A stretch of 64,000 bases of DNA from an uncultured Gammaproteobacteria bacterium (GTDB lineage: Bacteria > Pseudomonadota > Gammaproteobacteria > JAJDYQ01): positions 4,311 through 68,310 of the forward strand of contig CALODD010000085.1 in NCBI GenBank assembly GCA_942491945.1, written 5' to 3'. Shown piece by piece: positions 42,553 to 51,849 of the stretch (its first letter is position 1; every line of letters begins with the position of its first letter). Under the pieces are notes generated by a model. It was not told where the DNA came from and did no database searches. It saw only the letters and a program-made list of their open reading frames with translations. The translations under genes and the position numbers were made by a program.

Positions 42553-43629
42553 ATGAGCAAAGATCATCATGACGAACCTTTCGACGAAGGAACGCTAATC
42601 AAGCTTGAAATATACAAGAACTATTTAACCTCATGGCTGCCTGTTTTTCTAATGGTTAAGAGCATAAAAAACAATCACGTAAACATCTTTGATTTTTTCT
42701 CCGGACCCGGTAAAGATAAATCAGGCTTAGATGGCAGCCCAATTATCGCTCTAACTGCGGCAATAGACTTTACTCAAATAGCTAAAGATAACGGAAAAAC
42801 CATCAACTTATACTTCTTTGATCAGAAGCTAGAAAAAATAAACCGCTTAAATCAAGTAATTAGCAACACCAACTATGATAGAGATACGATACATATCACC
42901 ACTGAAGTTATTGAATTCGATCAAGCATTAGAAAAGTACGAAGATATTATAAGGCGAGACCCCAATTTATTATTTATGGATCAAACAGGAATAAAAGCGA
43001 TAACTGAAAATACATTAAAGAAACTCTTAAGCTTTAAATATACAGACTTACTTTTTTATCTAGCATCATCTTATGCAAAACGCTTTTCAAACACGAAAGA
43101 ATTTAGAAAATACTTAAATATTGAACCGGGAGAATTTAGAGACATTTCTCAAAATAATATCCATAGATTCATGTGCCAGTACTACCAATCAATAGCAGAC
43201 AACCTTATTGAATACTACTTTTGCCCCTTTTCAATTAAAAAGAACGCGAATGTCTATGGATTAATATTCGGGAGCCGGAATCATACCGGTCTGCAGAAAT
43301 TTCTTGATGTTGCCTGGAAAATTGATCCTCACAGAGGCGAAGCAAATTTTGATATAGACAATGAACAAATATCAGAACAACCTTCATTATTCCCTCATTT
43401 ACCTCAAAAATTAACGATGTTTGAACAAGAATTAGAAGCACAAATACTAAAAGGGACAATTAAAAGTGATGGAGAGGCATTCAAACACACATTGCAGGCT
43501 GGCTTTATTGGAAAGCATGCAAAAAAGGTCATAAAGAGCCTAATACGAAATAAGAGGATTTACATGGATAAACAACCTCGATGTTCAAAAGAAGCTTTAG
43601 CTATGCCGAGAGGCATTAAATTACTGTAG
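42553..43629 (+). CDS. Three-Cys-motif partner protein TcmP-like (methyltransferase-like fold suspected)
   Basis: 358 aa from ATG 42553; the track start at 42517 is TTG. The N-terminus HDEPFDEGTLIKLEIYKNYLTSWLPVF, then VNIFDFFSGPGKD and LLFMDQTG, match the family from memory. It is adjacent and convergent to a DUF5131 gene, which is the defining context of that family. Confidence 0.6.
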   Translation: MSKDHHDEPFDEGTLIKLEIYKNYLTSWLPVFLMVKSIKNNHVNIFDFFSGPGKDKSGLDGSPIIALTAAIDFTQIAKDNGKTINLYFFDQKLEKINRLNQVISNTNYDRDTIHITTEVIEFDQALEKYEDIIRRDPNLLFMDQTGIKAITENTLKKLLSFKYTDLLFYLASSYAKRFSNTKEFRKYLNIEPGEFRDISQNNIHRFMCQYYQSIADNLIEYYFCPFSIKKNANVYGLIFGSRNHTGLQKFLDVAWKIDPHRGEANFDIDNEQISEQPSLFPHLPQKLTMFEQELEAQILKGTIKSDGEAFKHTLQAGFIGKHAKKVIKSLIRNKRIYMDKQPRCSKEALAMPRGIKLL

Positions 43630-44367
43630 AATTTTTAGGCATGGAATCCCAGGTTCGCCCTTGCAACAATCGCCCATTAGCTTTTTTATGCCTTTTCACA
43701 CCATCGGCACCCCAACCGCCCCATTGTTTAAAGAAAAATGCCACATTCTCCGAGTCACATTGAGATTTGATATTATCAACCCACAACTGCTTCATCGGGC
43801 GAGCATTTTTTCCTGACTCACCACCCACGATAACCCAATGCACTCCAACCAGACTGAATACCCCTAAATCCTCTAATAAAGGCTCTACTGACAAAAATCT
43901 TATCCGCGCATCAATTTCTGTCAAATACTTAATACGAGGCAGCCCGTATTTTTTATCTTCGACAGAAACGCCCAGCCAAACATTATTTGGGACAGGTCGT
44001 TGACTAAAATAGTCTGGTAGACGCTCAGCTCTTTTAGTTAGTATTTGATACGTGTGATGAGGCGTATCAGAAATAACTTGAAATACTTCGTCCAGAAACG
44101 AGTCTGAAACATCTTCATGGAACAAATCGGACATACTATTAACGAAGTATACTGTTGGCTTCTTCCTTTTCAGAGGCTTATCGATCTCAATCTATATGAA
44201 TGAACATTAAGCTCAAAGCCATTTTCGTAGCCACCAGCTTTCATGGCTTTTAATCGTTTAGCCATATTTTCAGCATAGCAATACTTACATCCCGGAGACA
44301 CCTTTGTGCACCCTGTAACCGGGTTCCATGTTTGCTCGGTCCATTCAATTTCTGACTGACTAGACAT
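43616..44367 (-). pseudogene. DUF5131 / phage Gp37-Gp68-family three-Cys protein, frame broken by a 1-nt deletion near 44187-44189
   Basis: ORF 44170..44367 starts [42 protein letters not shown] 43616..44134 continues with SMSDLFHEDV...ILTKR...FLSVEPLL...VIVGGESG...FFFKQWGGW. The length of 752 nt is 2 mod 3. Reading AGA TTG (G)AG ATC GAT restores ...[28 protein letters not shown]. Confidence 0.8.
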
Positions 44368-44511
44368 ACTTAATTATAGAATTAGTAATGTTTGGATTCT
44401 ACGAATTATGGGGCACAACCACGATATCTAATGGTTTATTTTCAACTAGGCACCCAGAATATCAACGCATCGAGTGAATTTAAGGGGTAAAACATGTAGA
44501 CACAAAAATAA

Positions 44512-44588
44512 TGGTGGCTATGGGTGGACTTGAACCACCGACCCCAGCATTATGAATGCTGTGCTCTAACCAGCTGAGCTACATAGCC
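44512..44588 (-). tRNA. tRNA-Met (anticodon CAT, elongator type), CCA encoded
   Basis: The hand-folded cloverleaf is GGCTATG/CATAGCC acceptor, GCTC/GAGC D-stem, CAGCA-TTCATAA-TGCTG anticodon arm, and GGTGG-TTCAAGT-CCACC T-arm. It closely resembles E. coli metT from memory. Confidence 0.92.
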
Positions 44589-44617
44589 ATTTGGACTTCG
44601 CCCGGACATCCGCGAAG

Positions 44618-44654
44618 GGAGGCGAATTCTGCGGATTACCCCTTAATTTGTCAA
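44618..44654 (-). promoter_or_regulatory. Predicted sigma70 promoter of tRNA-Met with GC-rich discriminator
   Basis: On the minus strand: TTGACA (44654-44649), a 17-nt spacer, CAGAAT (44631-44626), then TCGCCTCCC. It lies about 30 nt upstream of the mature tRNA 5' end. Confidence 0.6.
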
Positions 44655-44703
44655 TACTTTCTAATATTAGAGGTTTTAATCTAATTCTCTCAGATGAGTA
44701 AAA

Positions 44704-45795
44704 TTAGACATTAAACCTGAAATGCACAACATCTCCTTCCTGCATGATGTATTCCTTGCCTTCCAGACGCCATTTTCCTGCCTCTTTTGCGCCTACCTCG
44801 CCATTTCCTGCAATATAGTCATCGTAAGCAACCACTTCAGCTCGGATAAAGCCTTTCTCAAAATCGGTATGAATGCGACCCGCGGCCTGAGGCGCTGTAC
44901 CGTTTCGGCGTACCGTCCAGGCTCGGGCTTCTTTAGGGCCTGCAGTGAAAAATGTCTGTAAATCCAGCAAAGAATATCCGGCAAAAATCACTCGATTTAG
45001 ACCTGGCTCATCCAGCCCCAGGTCATCCAGAAACTCTTTTTTCTCGTCATCATCCAGCAACGCAATTTCAGATTCGATGGAAGCGCATACAGCTACCACA
45101 ACCGCATTTTCTTCCTCAGCCATTGTATTAACAGCGTCTAGATGAGGATTATTTTCAAAGCCATCTTCCGCTACATTGGCGATATACATCATCGGCTTTG
45201 CTGTGATCAGGTTAATACCTTTGAGGCGATCCAGATCGTTTTCTGAGAGATTCATGGAACGAACCGGATGTCCGGCATCCAGATGGTCACGAATACGTTC
45301 GAACAGTTCCTTTTTGGCTTTTTCTTCTTTATCACCGGCTTTAGATGCTTTTACTGCTTTCTCGTAAAGCTTTTCAGCCGCCGCAAGATCAGCTAATGCC
45401 AGTTCCATATTAATGATTTCAGCATCGGTTTTGGGTTCTGTTCGACCCGCCACATGCACCACATCGTCATCTTCAAAACAGCGAACAACATGGGCGATCG
45501 CATCGGTTTCACGAATATGCGATAGAAACTGGTTTCCCAGGCCTTCACCCTTGGATGCACCTTCAACCAGTCCCGCGATATCGACGAATTCCATGGTTGC
45601 AGGAATGACTTTTTCTGAGCTGGCAATTTCTGCCAGTTTATCCAGGCGGGTATCTGGTACAGGCACGATACCGACATTCGGCTCAATGGTGCAGAACGGA
45701 TAGTTCTCAGCTGCAATCTCTGCCTGCGTTAAAGCGTTAAAAATAGTGGATTTACCAACATTAGGTAAGCCAACGATTCCGCATTTAAATCCCAT
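44704..45795 (-). CDS. ychF: Ribosome-binding ATPase YchF
   Basis: 363-aa ORF with [23 protein letters not shown] and the C-terminal TGS-like region ...[21 protein letters not shown]. Confidence 0.97.
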   Translation of the reverse strand: MGFKCGIVGLPNVGKSTIFNALTQAEIAAENYPFCTIEPNVGIVPVPDTRLDKLAEIASSEKVIPATMEFVDIAGLVEGASKGEGLGNQFLSHIRETDAIAHVVRCFEDDDVVHVAGRTEPKTDAEIINMELALADLAAAEKLYEKAVKASKAGDKEEKAKKELFERIRDHLDAGHPVRSMNLSENDLDRLKGINLITAKPMMYIANVAEDGFENNPHLDAVNTMAEEENAVVVAVCASIESEIALLDDDEKKEFLDDLGLDEPGLNRVIFAGYSLLDLQTFFTAGPKEARAWTVRRNGTAPQAAGRIHTDFEKGFIRAEVVAYDDYIAGNGEVGAKEAGKWRLEGKEYIMQEGDVVHFRFNV

Positions 45796-45807
45796 GATTC
45801 TGCTCGA

Positions 45808-46389
45808 TTATTTCTTTGAGTGAAGTTGTAATGTGGCCTTATTGATATCACCGGCTACCAGCGGCTCCAGTACATCCAGGATATCGTCAATAGATCGCAT
45901 GGCTCCATCGACCAAGTCTCTTGATGCACGACCTAATAAATAGCCTGTCACTTTATTGCGGTCACCTGGATGCCCTACACCAATACGCAAACGATAAAAG
46001 TCTTTACCAATCGCAGGCATGATATCTCGCAGGCCGTTGTGACCGCCGTGACCCCCACCCAGTTTGATTTTAGATATGCCCGGTTCGAAATCGAGTTCAT
46101 CGTGCGCAACTACGATTTCGGATTGATCGATCTTGAAGTAGTTCGCCAGTGCGGCAACAGCTAGACCGCTCTTATTCATAAACGTCATCGGTTTAAGCAA
46201 CCAGCATTCATTGCCAGCAATTCGAACTTTCCCGGCCTCACCATGAAACTTGGATTCGGGCTTTAGTTGACCGTTATAGCGACGCGCGATTTCATCGATT
46301 AACCAGAAACCGGCATTATGGGCAGTCTGCTCATACTCGGGGCCGGGATTTCCCAGCCCCGCGATGAGCTTTATAGGCTTGTTAGCCAC
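45808..46389 (-). CDS. pth: Peptidyl-tRNA hydrolase
   Basis: 193-aa ORF with LIAGLGNPGPEY..T.HNAGF and GGHGGHNGLRDI. Confidence 0.96.
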   Translation of the reverse strand: MANKPIKLIAGLGNPGPEYEQTAHNAGFWLIDEIARRYNGQLKPESKFHGEAGKVRIAGNECWLLKPMTFMNKSGLAVAALANYFKIDQSEIVVAHDELDFEPGISKIKLGGGHGGHNGLRDIMPAIGKDFYRLRIGVGHPGDRNKVTGYLLGRASRDLVDGAMRSIDDILDVLEPLVAGDINKATLQLHSKK

Positions 46390-46411
46390 AGTTTACTGTG
46401 ACCGGATGATA

Positions 46412-47071
46412 TTACTCAGCTGCGTCGTCTGCAGCTTCGTCAGCATCGCCAGCTTCAGCTGGTGTACCTTCATCATCTTCTTCAAGTGCTGCACGTGTAG
46501 CATGAATACTGGCAACAGCACCGTCATGATCATCACCATGAGACAGTTCAACCAGTGATACACCTTCCGGCAGAGTCAGGTCACTCAGATGTACTGAATC
46601 ACCAAGCTCAAGCTTGGACATATCGACTTCGATATACTCAGGCAGATCCTTAGGCAGACATGAAACTTCAACTTCGATAACCAGGTGAGAAACAACACCG
46701 CCACCGACTTTTACGCCAGGAGCAACATCTTCACCCGTGAAGTGCAGAGGTACATGCATAGTAAGCGCTTCTTTATCGCTCACACGCAGGAAGTCCATGT
46801 GCATTACAATATGCTTAGATGGATGACGCTGCATATCACGCAATACAACTTTTTGAACCTTGCCATCCAGATTCAGATCCAGGATATGGGAAAAGAAGGC
46901 CTCATGCTCAACATGCTGCAGCACTTCATTGTGCTTCAACGTAATCGAAACTGCATCTGCGCCGCCACCATAAACGATAGCTGGGGTTAGATCTGCATGA
47001 CGCAGGCGGCGGCTCGCACCTTTCCCTGTGTCTGTACGCGTCTCCGCGTTTATTGAAAAATCAACACTCAT
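46412..47071 (-). CDS. rplY: 50S ribosomal protein L25 / general stress protein Ctc
   Basis: 219-aa ORF with [13 protein letters not shown]...PAIVYGG and an acidic C-terminal tail. Confidence 0.93.
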   Translation of the reverse strand: MSVDFSINAETRTDTGKGASRRLRHADLTPAIVYGGGADAVSITLKHNEVLQHVEHEAFFSHILDLNLDGKVQKVVLRDMQRHPSKHIVMHMDFLRVSDKEALTMHVPLHFTGEDVAPGVKVGGGVVSHLVIEVEVSCLPKDLPEYIEVDMSKLELGDSVHLSDLTLPEGVSLVELSHGDDHDGAVASIHATRAALEEDDEGTPAEAGDADEAADDAAE

Positions 47072-47149
47072 TTTTTCACCTCAAATAATGTGAATTACCG
47101 ACTTGCGACCAGTTCGGCAGTGGATTTCGGGCACACCCGTGCCTCGAAG

Positions 47150-47186
47150 GGACGCGAATTATATAGAAAAAACCGCTAAATGAAAG
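47150..47186 (-). promoter_or_regulatory. Predicted promoter of rplY-pth-ychF with GC-rich discriminator
   Basis: On the minus strand: TATAAT (47163-47158) followed by TCGCGTCCC. The -35 position, 17 nt upstream, reads CTTTCA, which is a moderate match. Confidence 0.45.
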
Positions 47187-47227
47187 GATCTGAGCCGGAA
47201 AATCCGGAGAAAAGACTACTGAAATAA

Positions 47228-48181
47228 TCAGTCCATAAACAGGGAGCTAACAGACTCTTCGTTATGAATGCGACGCATGGTTTCAGCCAGGATTTCAGCA
47301 ACACTCACCTGACGAATTGTCGGCAGTGCCTGAGCGTCCTCAGAGAGAGGAATAGTATCGGTAACAACCAGTTGATCCAGTTGCGTATCGGAAAGGCGTT
47401 CTACTGCAGCGCCTGAAAGCACGGCATGCGTACAGTAGGCAATCACCTGTTTGGCGCCATGTTCTTTCAATGCAGCAGCCGCTTCACAAAGTGTTCCAGC
47501 CGTGTCGACCAGGTCATCGACGATGATACAGCTACGATCTTTAACATCACCGATAATATTCATGACCTTGGCCACATTTGCTTTCGGGCGACGTTTATCA
47601 ATGATTGCCAGATCAGAGTCATCCAGACGCTTGGCCAGTGCTCGGGCACGAACTACACCGCCAACATCAGGAGAAACAACCATTAAATCAGGATAACGCT
47701 GCTTCCAGACATCGCCCAGTAAAATAGGCGAAGCATAGACATTGTCCACCGGCATATCGAAAAAGCCCTGAATTTGGTCAGCGTGTAAATCAACTGTCAA
47801 AACACGGTCTACTTTGACACTGCTCAACATGTTTGCAACGACTTTAGCTGTAATCGGTACCCGTGCAGAGCGTGGGCGACGATCCTGGCGCGCATAGCCG
47901 AAATAGGGGATCACTGCGGTCACACGACGGGCTGACGAACGGCGCAATGCATCGATCATGACCATCAGTTCCATCAAATTATCGTTCGTAGGTGCATTGG
48001 TCGGCTGGATAACAAAGACATCCTGACCACGGACATTCTCTTCAATTTCAACGGCGATTTCGCCATCAGAGAATTTGCCAACCTGAGCCTGACCGAGCTT
48101 AAGCATAAGATGGTTAGCGATATCACGGGCAAGCCGAGGGTTGGCGTTGCCAGTGAAAAGCATCATTTTAGGGTCGGCCAT
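47228..48181 (-). CDS. prs: Ribose-phosphate pyrophosphokinase
   Basis: 317-aa ORF with F.G.ANP.LA..IA, DLHA.QIQGFF and the PRPP-binding loop [12 protein letters not shown]. Confidence 0.97.
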   Translation of the reverse strand: MADPKMMLFTGNANPRLARDIANHLMLKLGQAQVGKFSDGEIAVEIEENVRGQDVFVIQPTNAPTNDNLMELMVMIDALRRSSARRVTAVIPYFGYARQDRRPRSARVPITAKVVANMLSSVKVDRVLTVDLHADQIQGFFDMPVDNVYASPILLGDVWKQRYPDLMVVSPDVGGVVRARALAKRLDDSDLAIIDKRRPKANVAKVMNIIGDVKDRSCIIVDDLVDTAGTLCEAAAALKEHGAKQVIAYCTHAVLSGAAVERLSDTQLDQLVVTDTIPLSEDAQALPTIRQVSVAEILAETMRRIHNEESVSSLFMD

Positions 48182-48371
48182 GTTGGGCTTCCACGATGGT
48201 ACTGAAACGAAAATGGCCGGAATCTAGCAGTATCCGGCAGGATTACTCGGTACCTCCTGTACCTCGCCCTTCGGGCCCGCATCCGAGATGCGGTTCGAAA
48301 TGACGTCCTGCCATTTCGTCGAACCTAACGGTTCTCATCCTGCCATCTAAATATCCAGACAACATTAAATA

Positions 48372-48446
48372 TGGCTGGGCCGGCAGGATTCGAACCTGCG
48401 CATGCCAGGATCAAAACCTGGTGCCTTACCGCTTGGCGACGGCCCA
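48372..48446 (-). tRNA. tRNA-Gln (anticodon TTG), CCA encoded
   Basis: Hand-folded as TGGGCCG/CGGCCCA acceptor, CCAGG-TTTTGAT-CCTGG anticodon arm, and GCAGG-TTCGAAT-CCTGC T-arm. It closely resembles E. coli tRNA-Gln from memory. Confidence 0.92.
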
Positions 48447-48458
48447 ATAATTCAAAGA

Positions 48459-49322
48459 TTATCGCATGTCTTCCAGCATCTGGTGAAGCGGCGAATAGTT
48501 ACGCCCCTGTGTCACAAAGCTTTGCCATTGAGCGGGACATTGATCGGCAACGTTCTTCGCTTCTTGCTTTGTGTCGAACGCCGCAAATATGCAGGCGCCA
48601 GTACCAGTGAGTCGAGCTTTGGAAAATGAATCCAGCCAAATCATGGCTTCATCAACTTCCTTTACCTGATCGCGAACAACCGGCTCACAATCGTTTCCAG
48701 CTCGACCTGCTAGAAAGGCGGCGATTGTGATGGGTGGCGTGTTTCGTGTCAATTCCTCAGATGAAAAAACCTGCCCCGTTGATACATGAACATTTGGAAA
48801 TATGACCACATACCATTTTTCAGGTGGTTCAACAGGCTGAAATTGCTCACCAACACCCTCCGCCCAGCACGCATGGCCATGCACGAAGACGGGCACATCC
48901 GCTCCAAGTTGCAGCCCCAGGTCAGCGAGCTGTTTCTGATTAAGCCCGGTTCCCCACAAATTATTTAATACAACCAGCACAGTAGCCGCGTCTGAACTTC
49001 CGCCACCAATTCCTCCACCGATAGGAAGTCGTTTAATTAACTCGATATCCGCTCCAAGAGAACAGCCTGTTTCCTGCTGCAATAACTGAGCTGCGCGAAT
49101 GACCAGATCTTCTGCTTCCGGGATTTCATTATGATGATGCAGGCGGTGTATTTCTCCTGAATCATTTACCGATATCTTCACGTCATCATGAATATCTAGA
49201 AACTGAAAAACTGTCTGCAGCTCATGATAGCCATCATCACGACGATTGGTGATGTGCAGAAACAGATTGAGTTTGGCCGGAGCCGGCCATAGCAAGTCAG
49301 GAGATCTTTTCGACACACCCAC
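48459..49322 (-). CDS. ispE: 4-diphosphocytidyl-2-C-methyl-D-erythritol kinase
   Basis: 287-aa ORF with PAPAKLNLFLHI..RR.DGYH.L.T.F and the GHMP kinase loop PIGGGIGGGSSDAA. Confidence 0.95.
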   Translation of the reverse strand: MGVSKRSPDLLWPAPAKLNLFLHITNRRDDGYHELQTVFQFLDIHDDVKISVNDSGEIHRLHHHNEIPEAEDLVIRAAQLLQQETGCSLGADIELIKRLPIGGGIGGGSSDAATVLVVLNNLWGTGLNQKQLADLGLQLGADVPVFVHGHACWAEGVGEQFQPVEPPEKWYVVIFPNVHVSTGQVFSSEELTRNTPPITIAAFLAGRAGNDCEPVVRDQVKEVDEAMIWLDSFSKARLTGTGACIFAAFDTKQEAKNVADQCPAQWQSFVTQGRNYSPLHQMLEDMR

Positions 49323-49324
49323 GC

Positions 49325-49954
49325 CTAAACATCCTTTTGAACATAACCAAAGCGCCAGTCACGTATAGAGAGCTTAATCTTTAAAGGCTTATTTTCCAGA
49401 CGTACTTTACGCGGCATCGGGATACCGTCGACAGTCTCATAGCCCTGATAACGAACCACCCAGCCTGACTGCCGTAATTCTTCTAATTGCCCTTGCTCAT
49501 CAAAGACTTCCTGTCCGCTACTACCCGGTGCTAACCTGCCTTGCACCCAGTAACGCAGACCGTCGACCGGCATCACCCAGCCGGTTTGTCGTTCGATCAA
49601 GCGCTCTGCGCTACGTTCCGCATATTTCTCACCCTCTGACGTCGTTAATATCACGTGATTGTTGCCGCCTTCTACCAGTAAGCGACGACCGCCCAGAGGC
49701 CCAAACAATTCAATCTCGTATAACTCACCAACCTGTATCCAGGATACCGATGCACTCCAGGCATCTTCACCCGTCTGCATCGCCATACGACCCCTGGCTC
49801 GCCAATCCGGACGGTCAGCCAGCATGAGACGTCGCTCGTGCCAGTCAATAACAACCGGTTCTTCTGTTCCTGGTTTTACCCACGGTGGCGTGCAAGCTGA
49901 AATAAACACGATGGCAGCACAGGCCATCAAAAGACGAAAACAACGAGAAGACAT
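49325..49954 (-). CDS. lolB: Outer-membrane lipoprotein LolB
   Basis: 209-aa ORF with the lipobox LMACAAIVFISAC. It holds the conserved position between the TPR gene and ispE, and its size and composition are LolB-like. Confidence 0.8.
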   Translation of the reverse strand: MSSRCFRLLMACAAIVFISACTPPWVKPGTEEPVVIDWHERRLMLADRPDWRARGRMAMQTGEDAWSASVSWIQVGELYEIELFGPLGGRRLLVEGGNNHVILTTSEGEKYAERSAERLIERQTGWVMPVDGLRYWVQGRLAPGSSGQEVFDEQGQLEELRQSGWVVRYQGYETVDGIPMPRKVRLENKPLKIKLSIRDWRFGYVQKDV

Positions 49955-49986
49955 TCAGAACCCTGTGGTGGAATTAGATAAGGCGA

Positions 49987-51702
49987 TCAGGGATTAAACT
50001 TTTCAATAGCACGTTGTAGCACCTTGCTCTCTGGGTACTCACGCAAAGCCTCTTGCCAGATCTCGCGAGCTGACTGTTGTTCTCCCATGACCCAAAGCAC
50101 TTCTCCCAAATGAGCAGCCACTTCACCATCTTTAAGGCCCTCGCTCGCGCGACGCAGATAGCTCAAGGCCTTGTCGTAATTACCAAGACGATATTGAATC
50201 CAGCCCATACTATCGATAATAGCCGGATCATTTGGTGACAATTTAAAAGCTCGCTCGATATAAGCTAAAGCTTCCTGGTGACGATCCGTACGATCCGCCA
50301 GCGTATAGCCCAGGGCATTGAGTGCATGCGCATGATCTGGATCTTTAGCCAGAACCAGTTTCAGGTCACTTTCCAGTAACGCGATATTTCCCAGACGTTC
50401 AGCTGCTAAGGCACGCGAATAACGAAGATCGAGATCGTCTGGATACAAACCAACTGCCTCATCCAGCACTTCAAATGCCATCGAGTCATCGTTAATTTCA
50501 CGCAACATTTCACTTTCACTTAGCCATAATGTTGACACCTGCTCAGGATGGCTCTCACGCAAAATTGCATAACGCTCCCTTGCCTTATCTTTCTGTCCCA
50601 ACTTACCCTGAACACGCGCTGCACTCATTTGAGCGTCCAGATATAACGCTGGGCTGTCAACGCGCTCGAACCAGCTTAACGACTGCTCAAATTGCTTGCG
50701 TTGCTCATGCAGTCGTCCAAGATAATAACGAGCTTCCTGTTTATGACTGCCTGTTTCAAGCAGTTGATTCAGATATTGCTCGGCTCTATCCAGCTGACGA
50801 ATTTGCATACTAAGCAGAGCTGTCGAATAAAGCAGATCACCGTTCGGCTGTTCACCTGATCTCTCAATCAAATGGGCAAACTGCTTTATGGCGCGTTCAT
50901 AACGACTCGCGGTCACCAGCATGCGTGCATAAGTTAAACGCAGCTCATCATTCTCAGCATTTTTCTCGACGACTTTTTGTATTGCTATCAGTGCCTTATC
51001 GGTCTGGCCCAGTTCGCTGTTGGCTCGTGCCAAAATTACCTGCGCTTCGATATTTTCAGGGTGAGTATCCACAACGCCTGTAATGGCATCACGCGCCCTT
51101 TCATAATCTCCTGAATTAAACGCGAGACGTGCATACAGAACATTCGCCTGTAGCGCCATTGGATAAAGCTGCTGCATGCCACGCATGACCGCCAGGCTAG
51201 TTTCTTTATTCTTCACGCGCTCGAGTAAAGCGCCCACCAGCTGAAAACCTTTCTGTAGCGAATCAGCTCGTTTGACCATCCAGTCCAGATGCTCGATTGC
51301 CAGGGGTATATCGGCTTGCTGCAAGCCAACTGTGGCCGCCAGTTGATGCGCTTCGACTGAGTCGGGCTGCAAGGCCAACCAGCGCTGCAGGGCCTGCTCA
51401 GCGGCTTTATAATCTTTGCCGAACAACATGATGCGAGTAGCTCGACGTATAATGGGCAAATCATCAGACTGCTGTTGCAGGACTTTCTGATAATGACGAA
51501 TAGACTCCGGCAGATTGCCGTTATGGCCAGCAACCTCAGCGACCAGAGTATTGTAGAAAAGCTGCTGCTCAGGAGGTACCGGTTCGTGCTGCACCGCATC
51601 CGCATTCGGCTTCACGCCCTGGGAACATCCTGCCAGCAACGACACCCCTAAGGTGGCCATTAACAGCGAACGCCGAATAATTTGCTGATTGATACCGCTC
51701 AT
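49987..51702 (-). CDS. TPR-repeat lipoprotein
   Basis: 571-aa ORF with the lipobox LLAGCS and many TPR-like repeats (A..YY.LG......A...Y..AL...P). It is divergent from hemA, as in pseudomonads. Confidence 0.75.
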   Translation of the reverse strand: MSGINQQIIRRSLLMATLGVSLLAGCSQGVKPNADAVQHEPVPPEQQLFYNTLVAEVAGHNGNLPESIRHYQKVLQQQSDDLPIIRRATRIMLFGKDYKAAEQALQRWLALQPDSVEAHQLAATVGLQQADIPLAIEHLDWMVKRADSLQKGFQLVGALLERVKNKETSLAVMRGMQQLYPMALQANVLYARLAFNSGDYERARDAITGVVDTHPENIEAQVILARANSELGQTDKALIAIQKVVEKNAENDELRLTYARMLVTASRYERAIKQFAHLIERSGEQPNGDLLYSTALLSMQIRQLDRAEQYLNQLLETGSHKQEARYYLGRLHEQRKQFEQSLSWFERVDSPALYLDAQMSAARVQGKLGQKDKARERYAILRESHPEQVSTLWLSESEMLREINDDSMAFEVLDEAVGLYPDDLDLRYSRALAAERLGNIALLESDLKLVLAKDPDHAHALNALGYTLADRTDRHQEALAYIERAFKLSPNDPAIIDSMGWIQYRLGNYDKALSYLRRASEGLKDGEVAAHLGEVLWVMGEQQSAREIWQEALREYPESKVLQRAIEKFNP

Positions 51703-51849
51703 ACTCTAAGCATCCCACCACTGCATTGAATGATCAAGCCCATAAAACACCGCCTTTTCGTGTACTTATATTTAGTCATATGACATAGATGTACGGTGGA
51801 TAGTTTCCTATAATCGCGATCCTTTTGAATAACCCCGCCCTACGCCCTG

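Noticed and set aside
42402-44511. Classical tRNA-integrated genomic island with integrase and att direct repeats.
   Set aside because: No integrase or recombinase ORF is present. By eye I could not find a copy of the tRNA-Met 3' end (TGGTGGCTATGGGTGGAC...) at the distal boundary near 42400-42520. I therefore call it only an islet adjacent to a tRNA.
48371-48629. Plus-strand ORFs (79 aa and 75 aa) across tRNA-Gln and the 3' end of ispE.
   Set aside because: They are antisense to a cleanly folding tRNA and to ispE, and have no independent support.
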